Shown one piece after another: positions 19,418 to 30,449 of a DNA stretch of 64,000 nt; within the stretch, counting starts at the first letter, position 1, and the number at the start of each line of letters is the position of its first letter. Under the pieces are notes generated by a model. It saw nothing but the letters and a program-made list of their open reading frames with translations. It was not told the origin of the DNA and made no database searches. Position numbers and translations under genes: made by a program. This stretch comes from Clostridiales bacterium (lineage in GTDB: Bacteria; Bacillota; Clostridia; Saccharofermentanales; Saccharofermentanaceae), in contig JAFWDK010000019.1 of NCBI GenBank assembly GCA_017513085.1, positions 96,001 to 160,000 of the forward strand, written 5' to 3'.

Positions 19418-20476
19418 TTATGCGAGATCAGCCTCTTTGTAGTAACCGGAATCAACAAGGATCTTCTTGTAGTTGCTGGCATCAGCAAATACCGGTGTGC
19501 AGAGGAAAGAAGGAACAACAATTACACCATTGTTATATGTTGTAGTATCGTTCGTCGGAGCTTTCTTACCGTCCATGATAGCCTTAACCATCTCAACAAC
19601 CTGATCTGCCAGTGTACGTGTATCCTTAAATACGGACATAGACTGCTTGCCCTTGATCATGTTCTTAACGTTTGCGATATCGCAGTCCTGACCTGTGATG
19701 ATCGGATAATCACCTGTGTAGCCGGCTTCGAGAGCATTCGCAACACCAAGAGCTGTGGAGTCGTTGGAGCAAAGAACTGCATCCAGCTTTGTGCCATCAG
19801 CATAGTTACCGGAAATGATAGCATCCATTCTGGACTGAGCATTTGCGGTAGACCATTCAGCTGTAGCAACTGTTTCGAAATCAATCTGACCGGACTTAAC
19901 ATTGAGCGATTTGCCAATGTACGGCTTCAGAAGATCCATAGCGCCATTGTAGAAGAATCTGGCGTTGTTATCACCCGGGTCACCTGTGAAGATTTCCAGG
20001 TTGTAAACACCATCTGTGGAATCCAGCTTCAGTGTGTCAATGATGTACTGACCCTGGATAGCACCAACTTTGTAGTTGTCGAATGTAGCATAGTAAGCAA
20101 CAGCATCTGTGTTCATGATCAAACGGTCATAAGCAATTACAGGGATGCTCTTCTCTTTTGCTGTAGCAAGAACTGTACCAAGGGAATCACCTTCGATGGA
20201 AGCGATTACGAGAACCTTACATCCACCATTGATCATGCTCTCGATCTGGTTCTGCTGTGTCGGGATGTCGTTACCTGCATACTGCAGATCTACTGTGAAG
20301 CCGGCTGCTTCCAGCTTCTCTTTCAGATAAGCACCATCCTGGTTCCATCTCTGAAGATCCTTTGTAGGCATCGCAACGCCGATCTTTTTGCTATCCTGCT
20401 TCTTCGCGCATCCAGCCAGTCCAGCTGAAATGAGCATTGCTCCAGCAAGAAACAAACTCAAAAACTTCTTTTTCAT
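19418..20476 (-). CDS. chvE: ChvE-type sugar-binding lipoprotein
   Basis: Lipobox LAGC; GVAMPTKDLQRW, AYDRLI, YATFDN, TGQD, VFKDTR. Confidence 0.9.
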   Translation of the reverse strand: MKKKFLSLFLAGAMLISAGLAGCAKKQDSKKIGVAMPTKDLQRWNQDGAYLKEKLEAAGFTVDLQYAGNDIPTQQNQIESMINGGCKVLVIASIEGDSLGTVLATAKEKSIPVIAYDRLIMNTDAVAYYATFDNYKVGAIQGQYIIDTLKLDSTDGVYNLEIFTGDPGDNNARFFYNGAMDLLKPYIGKSLNVKSGQIDFETVATAEWSTANAQSRMDAIISGNYADGTKLDAVLCSNDSTALGVANALEAGYTGDYPIITGQDCDIANVKNMIKGKQSMSVFKDTRTLADQVVEMVKAIMDGKKAPTNDTTTYNNGVIVVPSFLCTPVFADASNYKKILVDSGYYKEADLA

Positions 20477-20593
20477 GTTTTACCTCCGATTTTAGCTTGC
20501 GCCATAATTTCGTAAGTACAGGATAGCACAACATCAATCGTCTGTCACATGAAATTTAAAAATTTTTCCCTGTTTTTTGTTCATTTGTCACAA

Positions 20594-20634
20594 AAATTCG
20601 CAAAAACCGCCTAAAATACGACTTTTGCGAATTT
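20594..20634 (-). terminator. Inverted repeat after ppk1 (probable terminator)
   Basis: AAATTCGCAAAA-17 nt-TTTTGCGAATTT, perfect 12-bp arms. Confidence 0.5.
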
Positions 20635-20660
20635 CGAAAACTTTCATAATTGACTTAATA

Positions 20661-22832
20661 TTATTTGATTTGAAGATCTTCCTGACTGTCGATTTTTTTC
20701 TTTCCTCGAAGGTCAAGTTTATGGTAATCCCCGTTTGCATCAAGGAAATGGCTTCTTACCGTATCTTCCAGTTCGATATTCAACACTTCCATCACTCTCG
20801 CCTTACAATCCGGGTCTTCTACCGGGAACAAAAGCTCGACTCGGCGGATCAGATTTCTTGGCATCCAGTCGGCAGAGGAAAGATAAATATCTTCCTGTCC
20901 CTCATTGTAGAAATAGTAGATACGGGAGTGCTCCAGGAAACGTCCGGTGATCGACCTGACCGTGATATTTTCGGATAGTCCGGGAACTCCTGGCCGTAAA
21001 CAGCAGATTCCACGGACGATCAGATCGATCGGAACACCTGCACAGGATGCGTCGTAAAGAGCGTCAATGATCGTAGCATCCACAAGAGAATTCATCTTGG
21101 CGATAATGCGGGCTTTCTTTCCTTCTCTTGCTTTCTTGGCTTCCTGATGGATCTTTTCCAGAAAATAGCCCTTCATTTTAGTCGGTGCCGGGATCAGTCT
21201 CTTCCACTCCGGCGGTTCCGAGAAACCGGAGAGTGTGTTGAAGAACTCGGATGCATCCACGCCGAATGTTTCCGAAGCGGTAAACAATCCGATGTCTGTA
21301 TAGATCTTCGCCGTGATGTCGTTATAGTTGCCTGTTGCAAGATGCAGGTATCTCCTGATTCCTTCATCCTCATCTCTCACGACCAGCGTGATCTTACTAT
21401 GCGTCTTCAATCCGACAAGTCCGTATATTACGTGACAGCCGGCTTTTTCAAGCATTTTCGCCCAGTTGATATTGTTCTCTTCATCGAACCTTGCCTTCAG
21501 TTCAACAAGCACCATGACCTGTTTTCCGTTCTGTGCCGCTTCCGCAAGGAAACGGATGATCGGAGAACTCGAACTTACCCGGTAGAGCGTCTGCTTGATC
21601 GCTAAGACCTTCGGATCTTCAGCCGCCTGGCGTACAAATTCGATGACAGGATCGAAGCTCTCATACGGGTGATGGACCAGTCTGTCTTTTTCACGGATCG
21701 CGTCAAAAATGTTGACACCCTCCGGGAACATTCTCGGTTTAGCCGGTGCAAACGAGTGATAGCAAAGTGCCGGGAACTCATCACTGACGCGGGAATACAC
21801 TTTCATAAGGAAAGTCAGATCGATTGGGCCGCTGACCTCGAAAACATCTTTTTTCGAGATCTTTAACGAAGACGTAAGAAGTTTCAAAAGACGAGGATCG
21901 ATATCGTCATTCACTTCCATACGGATGATCTCGCCAAAACGGCGTTTCCTTACCTGCTCCTCAATTTCCTTGAGAAGATCTTCCGCCTCATCCTCATCGA
22001 TATCCAGATCGGCATTTCGCATAACACGGTAGAATCCGGAAGCCAGCACATCCGCTCCGGTGAAAAGCGAGGAAAGATTGGCCCGGATGATCTGTTCGAT
22101 CGGAACCATGCAGACACCGGAAGAAAGCCTCATTTCGAAAAGCCGCGGCACGACCGCCGGTACCTGCAATGTGGCAAACCGGTAAGCCGGCTCATAGACT
22201 TTCCCTTTCTTCTGCTGTTTCAAAAGCCGCTCCTGCTTCTGTTCTTCCGTTTCATCGATCAGGACACAAAGATTCAGCTGCCGGTTATAGATCAACGGAA
22301 ACGGACGGGATGCATCCACGCCCATCGGCGTCAGGATCGGATACAGCGTAGACTGGAAATACTCATCACATACCTCTTTCGCATGATCATCCAGATCATC
22401 GTAATCATTAATATAGATGTCGTGATTTTTCAAAGAAGGGACCAGCGAACGAGTATAGGTCGAATACATGAGCGCCATGGTGTTTCTGGCTTTCTCGTCG
22501 ATCTGTGTCAGCTGTTCCTTGACCGTTCGTCCTGAAATGTCTCTTTCGTTGTAATCTACGCTGAGAAGATCACGAAGCGAGGCAACACGAACGATATAAA
22601 ACTCATCCATGTTCGATGCCGTGATCGACAGAAATTTCAGACGTTCCAGAAGAGGATTCTTCGTATCTCGGGACTCAAAAAGGATACGGTTGTTAAACTC
22701 CAGCCAGCTCAGTTCACGGTTGAAATAGCGGCCGGAATCGGCTTCGATATCCGCATTATCCATAGCTGAATGGGCAACCTCACGTCTGACCCCTTTCAGC
22801 ATCTTTTCTTTTTTCTCTTTCTTCGTACTCAT
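20661..22832 (-). CDS. ppk1: Polyphosphate kinase 1
   Basis: YFNRELSWLEFN, HHPYESF, ELKARFDE, KTHSK, RFLEHSR, SADWMPRN. Confidence 0.97.
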   Translation of the reverse strand: MSTKKEKKEKMLKGVRREVAHSAMDNADIEADSGRYFNRELSWLEFNNRILFESRDTKNPLLERLKFLSITASNMDEFYIVRVASLRDLLSVDYNERDISGRTVKEQLTQIDEKARNTMALMYSTYTRSLVPSLKNHDIYINDYDDLDDHAKEVCDEYFQSTLYPILTPMGVDASRPFPLIYNRQLNLCVLIDETEEQKQERLLKQQKKGKVYEPAYRFATLQVPAVVPRLFEMRLSSGVCMVPIEQIIRANLSSLFTGADVLASGFYRVMRNADLDIDEDEAEDLLKEIEEQVRKRRFGEIIRMEVNDDIDPRLLKLLTSSLKISKKDVFEVSGPIDLTFLMKVYSRVSDEFPALCYHSFAPAKPRMFPEGVNIFDAIREKDRLVHHPYESFDPVIEFVRQAAEDPKVLAIKQTLYRVSSSSPIIRFLAEAAQNGKQVMVLVELKARFDEENNINWAKMLEKAGCHVIYGLVGLKTHSKITLVVRDEDEGIRRYLHLATGNYNDITAKIYTDIGLFTASETFGVDASEFFNTLSGFSEPPEWKRLIPAPTKMKGYFLEKIHQEAKKAREGKKARIIAKMNSLVDATIIDALYDASCAGVPIDLIVRGICCLRPGVPGLSENITVRSITGRFLEHSRIYYFYNEGQEDIYLSSADWMPRNLIRRVELLFPVEDPDCKARVMEVLNIELEDTVRSHFLDANGDYHKLDLRGKKKIDSQEDLQIK

Positions 22833-24376
22833 CGAATCTGCCTCCGAACTTTAAGAAGTGCTTTTACCGAGAAGAACTGCGTAAACAGATCGGTATGGTT
22901 TTCGAAAAACCATTTGTCATATGTCATGTCATAATTTGTATCGCCGCTAATGGTCATCACGCCGTCAGGACTGAGGCTGACCGTGATCTCATGGAGCTTC
23001 TGCTTATGCGAAGCGTCCAGAGCATCAGCCAGACGAAGGATCGCCGTCAGTTTGGATACCAGGACCTGGTCTTCCGTGGATATGTCTTTATAACGTTCAT
23101 CCAGATAAAAATCCGGATCCACATAAAATCTGCCGACCAGAGCCGTGATCTTTCTTTCCTTCTCGGAAATGCCGATCAGCTCGGTCCTGTCTATAATGCT
23201 GTATGTAGACGGACTCGGGTTGGAAATGTTGATAAACTTACCCACCTCATGACAGATCGCGGCCACGCGAAGAAGTGTTCTCTCCCGGTTATTCATGCCG
23301 TGGATCTTGCGTGTGGCATCAAAGATCGCCATCGCTGCGCTTTCTACGAATGTGATATGTTTCTTTTCCGATTTATAACGCTTGGCAACATGGCGCGCTG
23401 CCGATACAATGTCCGAGTTCGGATCCGCTACCAGATCATAATGCTTATGCGTCCATGCGTAATCGTACATCACTCCTTCGGTCAGAGAAGCATCCGGCAT
23501 ATGCACGCCCTCGATGCCGGTATAGTCCAGCATCTTCTTAACCATCAGCGCGGTCGGAAGAAGAAGCGGCGCAGTAGCCGGTGTAATATCCAGTTTTCTG
23601 GCAAGTGCTTCCGGACTGGTATGAAGCAGCGCATTGACAATGTCATCAAACTGCTCCTTGCTCAAATGGCAGTATTCTCGTGGAGACTCCCCGGCAAGTG
23701 CTTTAATAAAACCGATATCACTTCCGAAAACGATCAGATTCTTATACTTGATATTCTTCGGCTCGATCGCGTGATACTCCGCCAGATCCTGCGAAACATA
23801 CTCTTCCAGCACTTCGGTATAATGCGTGGTCTGCTTGGCCAGATCGGACAGCAGTTCACTGATACGAAGGGAACCCAGCATCGTATTCTGGCTGAAGATC
23901 AATTCGGATTTGTCGTAGAGCGTCGCCTGCATGCTGCCCGAACCGATATCCAGTACCATCGTTCCCGAAGAAACCAGATTCATAAAGCCCGGCTGACTCT
24001 CCTTGACCGCCAGATTATGGAAATACCGTTCTCTCGCATTATCCAGCACCTGCACCTTGATCCCCGTGCGCACACGGATCTGCTCAATGACCATAGCCCG
24101 GTTGCTCGCTTCGCGAAAAGCACTTGTCGCCACGCAAACAACATCTTTGATCTTGTACTCTTTGATCTTCTGCGCGAACCCTTCCAGGATCTCGATCAGT
24201 TCTGCAGACTGCGGCTGCGAGATCACGCCTTCAGTATATGCTTTGGACACGATGGACAGATATTTCCTTACCGATTCGATCTCTTTGGGCATACTTTTGT
24301 CACCCAATTCGAAGATCTTCATTCTTAAGGAAAGCGACCCCATGTCGATGACCGCCAGCAAACTTTTCTTACTCAT
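22829..24376 (-). CDS. ppx: Ppx/GppA exopolyphosphatase with HD-like C-terminus
   Basis: AVIDMGS, VATSAFREASN, LDIGSGS, CHEVGK, LRLADALD; overlaps ppk1 start. Confidence 0.88.
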   Translation of the reverse strand: MSKKSLLAVIDMGSLSLRMKIFELGDKSMPKEIESVRKYLSIVSKAYTEGVISQPQSAELIEILEGFAQKIKEYKIKDVVCVATSAFREASNRAMVIEQIRVRTGIKVQVLDNARERYFHNLAVKESQPGFMNLVSSGTMVLDIGSGSMQATLYDKSELIFSQNTMLGSLRISELLSDLAKQTTHYTEVLEEYVSQDLAEYHAIEPKNIKYKNLIVFGSDIGFIKALAGESPREYCHLSKEQFDDIVNALLHTSPEALARKLDITPATAPLLLPTALMVKKMLDYTGIEGVHMPDASLTEGVMYDYAWTHKHYDLVADPNSDIVSAARHVAKRYKSEKKHITFVESAAMAIFDATRKIHGMNNRERTLLRVAAICHEVGKFINISNPSPSTYSIIDRTELIGISEKERKITALVGRFYVDPDFYLDERYKDISTEDQVLVSKLTAILRLADALDASHKQKLHEITVSLSPDGVMTISGDTNYDMTYDKWFFENHTDLFTQFFSVKALLKVRRQIR

Positions 24377-24449
24377 GAAGTACTCCTCATCCGTCAAGAT
24401 TTCTTACATTATAAACGTCAAAAATGGCAATTCCGTTAACAATCGGGAG

Positions 24450-25562
24450 TCAGGAATTCAGATATGCCTCAATGACTTTACCCGTCATCTCTTTCGTTCC
24501 AAGGATCTTATCCTGCTTCGAAAGAGATATGTCGACCGTCCGATATCCATCTGCCAGTACACTTCGGACCGCCTGTTCCACTTTGGCCGCCTCATCAGGA
24601 AGATTCAATGAAGAACGGAGCATCATGGCCGCCGACAGGATAGTCGCCAACGGGTTCGCGATCCCCTTCCCTGCAATATCCGGAGCAGACCCGTGTACCG
24701 GTTCGTACATGCCCGGTTTACCGGGTGCGCCGAGAGACGCCGACGGAAGCATACCGATCGACCCTGTGATCATTCCGGCCTCGTCAGAAAGAATATCACC
24801 GAACATATTACTGGTAACGATCACGTCCATCTCCGGCGCCTGTCTCAGAAGCTGCATCGAAGCATTATCCACATACATGAATTCCACATTGACTTCCGGA
24901 TATTCCGGCGCGATCCTCTCCGTCACTTTTCTCCAAAGACGGGAGGTTTCAAGGATATTCGCTTTATCGACCACAATAAGACGCTTCCGTCTTTGCATCG
25001 CAATGGTAAATCCTACCTTCAGGATCCTCTCGATCTCCGCCTCGCTGTATCGCTCCACATCGAAAGCTTCAATTCCCTTCGGCGTTCCGTCCGAAAGCTG
25101 CTCCTCCGAAGGTCCGATTCCTCTTTCTCCGAAATAAATACCTCCGGTCAGTTCCCGTACGATCATGATATCTACGCCATCTTTAACAATATCCTCACGA
25201 AGCGGACTCGCCGAGCGAAGCTCCGGGAAAAGAACAGCCAGCCGAAGATTGGCGAAAAGTCCCAACTCTTTACGCAATCCCAGAAGTGCCGCCTCCGGGC
25301 GCTTCTTTCCGGGAAGGCCGTCCCACTTCGGACCGCCGACCGCGCCAAGAAGTACCGCGTCACTTTCTTTGGCACAGTTTAAAGATTCTTCCGGAAGTGG
25401 ATCATCAACCTGATCGATCGCACAACCACCTGCAATGACCTTCTGAAAAACGAACTCGTGTCCACTCTTCTTTCCTACTGCCTGAAGCACCTCGCATGCA
25501 CTATCCGTCACTTCCGGGCCGATCCCGTCTCCCGGGATCACGCAGATAATAAATTTGGTCAT
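24450..25562 (-). CDS. leuB: 3-isopropylmalate dehydrogenase
   Basis: PGDGIGPEV, RELTGGIYFG, NMFGDILSD, EPVHGSAPDIAG. Confidence 0.96.
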   Translation of the reverse strand: MTKFIICVIPGDGIGPEVTDSACEVLQAVGKKSGHEFVFQKVIAGGCAIDQVDDPLPEESLNCAKESDAVLLGAVGGPKWDGLPGKKRPEAALLGLRKELGLFANLRLAVLFPELRSASPLREDIVKDGVDIMIVRELTGGIYFGERGIGPSEEQLSDGTPKGIEAFDVERYSEAEIERILKVGFTIAMQRRKRLIVVDKANILETSRLWRKVTERIAPEYPEVNVEFMYVDNASMQLLRQAPEMDVIVTSNMFGDILSDEAGMITGSIGMLPSASLGAPGKPGMYEPVHGSAPDIAGKGIANPLATILSAAMMLRSSLNLPDEAAKVEQAVRSVLADGYRTVDISLSKQDKILGTKEMTGKVIEAYLNS

Positions 25563-25576
25563 TACTGTCACCTTCT

Positions 25577-26071
25577 TTATTTGCTTAGTTTATTTTTCGT
25601 ATAACCCACCAGGCCGTCCGACTTGATGATTTCAGAAATAAATGCAGGAAAAGCATTTGCCCGGAATACCTGATTAGAAGTCAGATCCATGATCACCCCG
25701 GTATCAAAATCCACGGAGATCTCATCTCCGTCATCGATCCCCTCATAGGCTTCCTTACACTCCAGGATCGCAAGTCCCGTATTGATACTGTTTCTATAGA
25801 AGATCCTGGCAAAGGAAGGCGCGATCACGCAAGCGATCCCACTTGCTTTGATCGCGATCGGCGCATGTTCACGCGAGGAACCGCAACCGAAGTTCGGTCC
25901 CGCAATGATAATATCTCCCGGTTTCACCCGATTGATGAATTCCGGATCCAGATCCTCCATACAATGCTTCGCCAATTCTTCTTTAGCCGAAGTATTCAGA
26001 TATCTTGCCGGAATGATCACATCCGTATCCACATTTGCTCCATACTTGATCGTACGACCGGTAATCTGCAT
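25577..26071 (-). CDS. leuD: 3-isopropylmalate dehydratase small subunit
   Basis: [33 protein letters not shown]. Confidence 0.93.
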   Translation of the reverse strand: MQITGRTIKYGANVDTDVIIPARYLNTSAKEELAKHCMEDLDPEFINRVKPGDIIIAGPNFGCGSSREHAPIAIKASGIACVIAPSFARIFYRNSINTGLAILECKEAYEGIDDGDEISVDFDTGVIMDLTSNQVFRANAFPAFISEIIKSDGLVGYTKNKLSK

Positions 26072-26129
26072 ATTAATCATTCCTTTCATCATGATTCCGT
26101 CTCCCGTGAAACGGAAATTCTCTACTTAT

Positions 26130-27413
26130 TTATACGATCGGAAGTTCATCCGGACTTCCTATATATCCCAAAACAGCCGAAGCAGCCGCGACCTCCACAC
26201 CGGCCAGATACACTTCGGAATCCTTGTGTCCCATTCGACCGACGAAATTCCGGTTGGTAGTCGACACACACTTTTCACCCTTGGCCAGAACGCCCATGTA
26301 TCCGCCAAGGCAAGGACCGCACGTAGGTGCGGAAACCACACATCCCGCGTCAAGGAAGATCTCAAGCAGACCTTCTTCGAGCGCCTGCCTGTAAACTCTC
26401 TGCGATCCCGGAAGAATGATCGCACGCACCCCTTCTGCGACCTTTCTCCCCATAAACACACACGCGGCTTTCCGGATATCTTCGATCCGGCCGTTGGTAC
26501 AAGAGCCCACCACGACCTGATCGATATAGATCTTGGAAAAAGTTCCCAGTTCGCGAACATTAGACGGCAAATGAGGGAAAGCGACAACAGGACGTACCTC
26601 AGAAAGATCGATCGTGATCTCCTGATCATAAACCGCATCCTCATCCGGATACAGCCACGACGGCGCACCCGCATAACCCAGCACACGCTTCTTTACATAA
26701 TCCAGGGTACGCTCATCGATCGGGAAGATTCCATTCTTCGCGCCACACTCTATCGCCATATTGCAGATCGTCAGCCGGTCCGCCATCGAAAGTGCCGCTA
26801 CACCCTCTCCGCAGAATTCCAGCGACTTATAAAGCGCACCATCCACACCTATCTTTCCGATCAACGACAGTATGACATCTTTTCCGGACACATGCTTACC
26901 CAGCCTTCCGGTCAGGTTCACCCGGATCGCGCCCGGAACACGGAACCAAGTCTTTCCGGTCGCCATCGCGCAAGCAAGATCCGTAGAACCGACTCCGGTG
27001 CTGAAAACGCCCAGTGCGCCGTATGTGCAAGTATGGGAATCCGCGCCGATAATGCAGTGACCCGGCAAAGCCAGACCGTTCTCCGGGATAATGACATGTT
27101 CCACACCCATGTCTTCTCTTCCCTGCTCATAATAATGGGTAATGCCCTGTTCTCTTGCAAACTCCCGCATCTTCTTGCATTGTTCGGCTGACTTGATATC
27201 TTTATTCGGTGCAAAATGATCCGGCACCAGAACGATCTTGTCTTTATCAAAAACTTTGTCAAAAGCACTTTCACGGAAACAGTCGATGGCAGGCGGAGTG
27301 GTGATATCATTTCCCAGAAGCAGATCAAGGTCTGCTTCGATCAGGTCACCTTGTTTGACCTCATTCATTCCTGCGTGTGCCGCAAGGATCTTCTGCGTCA
27401 TTGTCATACCCAT
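26130..27413 (-). CDS. leuC: 3-isopropylmalate dehydratase large subunit (short type)
   Basis: [39 protein letters not shown]. Confidence 0.94.
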   Translation of the reverse strand: MGMTMTQKILAAHAGMNEVKQGDLIEADLDLLLGNDITTPPAIDCFRESAFDKVFDKDKIVLVPDHFAPNKDIKSAEQCKKMREFAREQGITHYYEQGREDMGVEHVIIPENGLALPGHCIIGADSHTCTYGALGVFSTGVGSTDLACAMATGKTWFRVPGAIRVNLTGRLGKHVSGKDVILSLIGKIGVDGALYKSLEFCGEGVAALSMADRLTICNMAIECGAKNGIFPIDERTLDYVKKRVLGYAGAPSWLYPDEDAVYDQEITIDLSEVRPVVAFPHLPSNVRELGTFSKIYIDQVVVGSCTNGRIEDIRKAACVFMGRKVAEGVRAIILPGSQRVYRQALEEGLLEIFLDAGCVVSAPTCGPCLGGYMGVLAKGEKCVSTTNRNFVGRMGHKDSEVYLAGVEVAAASAVLGYIGSPDELPIV

Positions 27414-27550
27414 GTCCTGTACCACCTTTCCCAATTGCGTTCCTTCTTTTATGTTACTTGCAAACTTTGTAACGTGCAAGAATAACTACCAGAATTTCTT
27501 GACATTGTGGTATAATAAGAAAAATTTCTTATGGTTTGGTGAGGTGGCTT

Positions 27551-27934
27551 ATGGCACGTGGTTTTTTTGCAACAAATCCCTCTTATGGTAATAATGGAGC
27601 TGGCATGAATACGGCATCCACAATGGATCTTCGCGCATACGGCGAAGAAATCGCTCATCTCAAGGGGCAGGTCGCCAGACTAAACATGATCACGGAAGGT
27701 CTTTGGACGATCCTCAAGAACGAAGGACACACCGACGAGGAACTGGTATCGATCCTCTCGGAATTAGATACGAATAAGAAGAACAAGAAGAGTGCGATCG
27801 AGCAGGGAGAAGAAACACCGACGAAGCGCAGAGAATGCCCGAACTGTCATGTCCCGCTTCAGAATACCGATTCGATCATTGACCGTTGCATCTACTGTGG
27901 TCATGAAGTGATCGGAAATCCTTTTGACGATTGA
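27551..27934 (+). CDS. Hypothetical protein with C-terminal zinc ribbon
   Basis: GAGGTG RBS; CPNC...CIYC; extended -10 TGGTATAAT at 27508-27516. Confidence 0.75.
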   Translation: MARGFFATNPSYGNNGAGMNTASTMDLRAYGEEIAHLKGQVARLNMITEGLWTILKNEGHTDEELVSILSELDTNKKNKKSAIEQGEETPTKRRECPNCHVPLQNTDSIIDRCIYCGHEVIGNPFDD

Positions 27935-27961
27935 TCTTCTCTTCTTTAGGAAGGAAGAAGA

Positions 27962-29893
27962 ATGCCTTTACTATCTGTAAATAAAGTTTCGAAAACTTAC
28001 CACTCACGCCTTCTTTTAGATGGCGTGTCTTTTTCTGTCGAACGCGGAGATAAGATCGCGCTCATCGGAAATAACGGAACCGGAAAATCCACGTTGTTCA
28101 AGATGATCCAGGGCAAAGTGGAACCTGACGAAGGAGAGATCCTCCATCACGGAACTGCAATCGCCGGTTATCTTTCCCAGAACATGGATGAACTGGATCT
28201 AAGCGGAAGCCTTCTCATATCCGAAGAGCTCGCCGATATTTCAGACAAGATGCATGATGCGGAGTTCCGGCTTTCCACTTCTGACGCGGCCACTTCCCAA
28301 TCCTTGCTTCGCGAATATGAGCAGCTGACCGCCCGTTTCGAAGCATTGGGCGGTTACGATTACGAACCCCGCATGAAAGCCGCATTGGCAGGTCTCGGTC
28401 TTTCCAACATCGACTGGACCCGTGACGTAACCAGTTTCTCCGGTGGCGAAAAGATGCGCATTTGTCTTGCCAGACTCATCGTCTCCCGTCCGGACATTCT
28501 CCTGCTCGACGAGCCGACCAACCATCTGGACACAGAAGCCATGGAATGGCTGGAATCATTTATCCGTTCATATGGCGGCGCCGTTCTTCTCATTTCGCAC
28601 GACCGTTACTTTATCGATCACACGGTCACGAAGATCTTCGAACTGGAAAACTCTCACATTACTGCCTATCGCGGTAATTACACTGACTACAAGGAACAAA
28701 AACAGCGTTTTCTTGATGACCAGCGCCAGCTGATCGCAAATCTTGAAAAAGAACTTCACCGTCAGGAAGGTGTGACTCAGACCATGCTTTCCCATAGAAA
28801 CATTTCCGGGTATCACGCACGCGAAAAAGTCGTAGCCAAGCTGTCTGATCGTCTTGCCGAAGAACGGGCGAAGATCACCGGCGGTCCTCTTCGCATGAGT
28901 TTTAAACTGATGCCGGAAGAACGTTCCGGCGACGAAAACAAGAAACTCCTGGAGGCCAGAAAGATCGGCAAGACTTTCCCTGACGGAAAAGTGCTTTTTA
29001 CAGACGTATCTTTTGAGATCAAAGCTTCCGACAAGTTTTTCCTGGTAGGTCCGAACGGGTGCGGTAAGACCACCATGCTCTCCCTTCTTCTGGGAAAAGT
29101 GGATGACTTCGACGGCGATGTCCTTGTTTCCGGATCATCGCGGATCGGATATATGGGACAGTTCGTCCCGTTTGAAGATGAGTCCCGGACGATCCTGGAC
29201 GAACTCATGACACGAAGTGAACTCAGCGAAAAATCAGCCAGAAACCTTCTGGCCCGATTCGGGTTTCGTGATATCGACGTCTATAAAGAAATCTCCGTCC
29301 TTTCCGGCGGCGAACGTTCCAGACTCTACCTTTGCTGCCTGCTGGAAGAAAAACCGGAACTTCTCTTTCTCGACGAACCGACTAACCATCTGGATATCGA
29401 TTCCCGTGAAGTTCTTGAGGACGCTCTCGCCGAATACAATGGTGCGATCCTGGCCGTCAGCCATGACCGTTATTTCATTGAAAAATGCCGTAGCAAGATC
29501 CTCGGCTTTTTCGGTACCCGCGTAGACCTGATGGATAGTTACGAGCAGTACCGGAAGAAATATGCTGCGTTTACCGCTTCAGAAGATGAAAACCGTGCCA
29601 GAGCCGCTTCCGAACTCCGTGCGGCGGAAAAAGAACGCAAGTCAGCTGAACGTGATGCTGCCAAAGAACGTACACCGGGAGTCAACCGTGCACAGGAGCG
29701 TCGTGAAAACGCCAAGCGCAAAGAACGGATCCGTTTCCTTGAGGGGCGCATCGCCGAACTGGAAGAGGAACAGAAAACGCTGGAGGCTTCCTTCGGTCCG
29801 GATACCTCACCGGAAGACTATGACCGGTATGCCAAAAATGCCGAGGAACTGGAAAACATGTATACCGAATACATGGACCTGGAAGGCTCCTGA
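27962..29893 (+). CDS. ABC-F family ATPase
   Basis: Two ABC domains (GNNGTGKST, GPNGCGKTT, DEPTNHLD twice), linker, coiled C-terminus, no TM segments. Confidence 0.93.
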   Translation: MPLLSVNKVSKTYHSRLLLDGVSFSVERGDKIALIGNNGTGKSTLFKMIQGKVEPDEGEILHHGTAIAGYLSQNMDELDLSGSLLISEELADISDKMHDAEFRLSTSDAATSQSLLREYEQLTARFEALGGYDYEPRMKAALAGLGLSNIDWTRDVTSFSGGEKMRICLARLIVSRPDILLLDEPTNHLDTEAMEWLESFIRSYGGAVLLISHDRYFIDHTVTKIFELENSHITAYRGNYTDYKEQKQRFLDDQRQLIANLEKELHRQEGVTQTMLSHRNISGYHAREKVVAKLSDRLAEERAKITGGPLRMSFKLMPEERSGDENKKLLEARKIGKTFPDGKVLFTDVSFEIKASDKFFLVGPNGCGKTTMLSLLLGKVDDFDGDVLVSGSSRIGYMGQFVPFEDESRTILDELMTRSELSEKSARNLLARFGFRDIDVYKEISVLSGGERSRLYLCCLLEEKPELLFLDEPTNHLDIDSREVLEDALAEYNGAILAVSHDRYFIEKCRSKILGFFGTRVDLMDSYEQYRKKYAAFTASEDENRARAASELRAAEKERKSAERDAAKERTPGVNRAQERRENAKRKERIRFLEGRIAELEEEQKTLEASFGPDTSPEDYDRYAKNAEELENMYTEYMDLEGS

Positions 29894-29900
29894 CGATGTC

Positions 29901-30449
29901 TTAAAGACCTGAAGACAGTCTTTCAAAAAAATCATGCATCTCTTCGGGAGTTTTCTCCTCGTACTGCGTCAGCCACTGACGCACGAGGAAGTAAGAAGAC
30001 CATCCCATACAGTTGCGTATCATCTCATGCTCGGCCTCATCCTTGATCAGCAGATTCTTTCTTTCTTCAATAAAACCGTCCACAAACCAGGTAAAAAAAT
30101 CTCTGGCTGTATTTTCAACATGGGCATCCGCCTCTGCGCTGAATAGTATCTTCAATTCATCCCGTACGGAATAGATATATATAAGGACTTTTTTCCGCTT
30201 TTCTCCTATAGTCTTATTCGAGTCAGCCAGAAAAATTTCTCTCACTTTCTTTGCATGATCAATTCCGATTTCCAAAAGAATATCTCTCGGTATCACATAG
30301 TGGTTATAAAACGTAGTGCGATTGACCTGTGCCTCCCGGCACAACTCACTTACCGTTATCTTCTCCAGAGGCTTTTTCTTCAGGCAACGGAAAAGCCCCT
30401 CTTTCAACATTCTTTTCGAGATCGTCACTCGCAGATTCTGCTCCTTCAT
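29901..30449 (-). CDS. TetR/AcrR family regulator
   Basis: KITVSELCREAQVNRTTFYNHY HTH. Confidence 0.92.
   Translation of the reverse strand: MKEQNLRVTISKRMLKEGLFRCLKKKPLEKITVSELCREAQVNRTTFYNHYVIPRDILLEIGIDHAKKVREIFLADSNKTIGEKRKKVLIYIYSVRDELKILFSAEADAHVENTARDFFTWFVDGFIEERKNLLIKDEAEHEMIRNCMGWSSYFLVRQWLTQYEEKTPEEMHDFFERLSSGL

Noticed and set aside
27414-27435. AAAGGTGGTAC upstream of leuC as a T-box
   Set aside because: It coincides with the RBS, lacks the CGCG continuation, and there is no room for stem I or a terminator.
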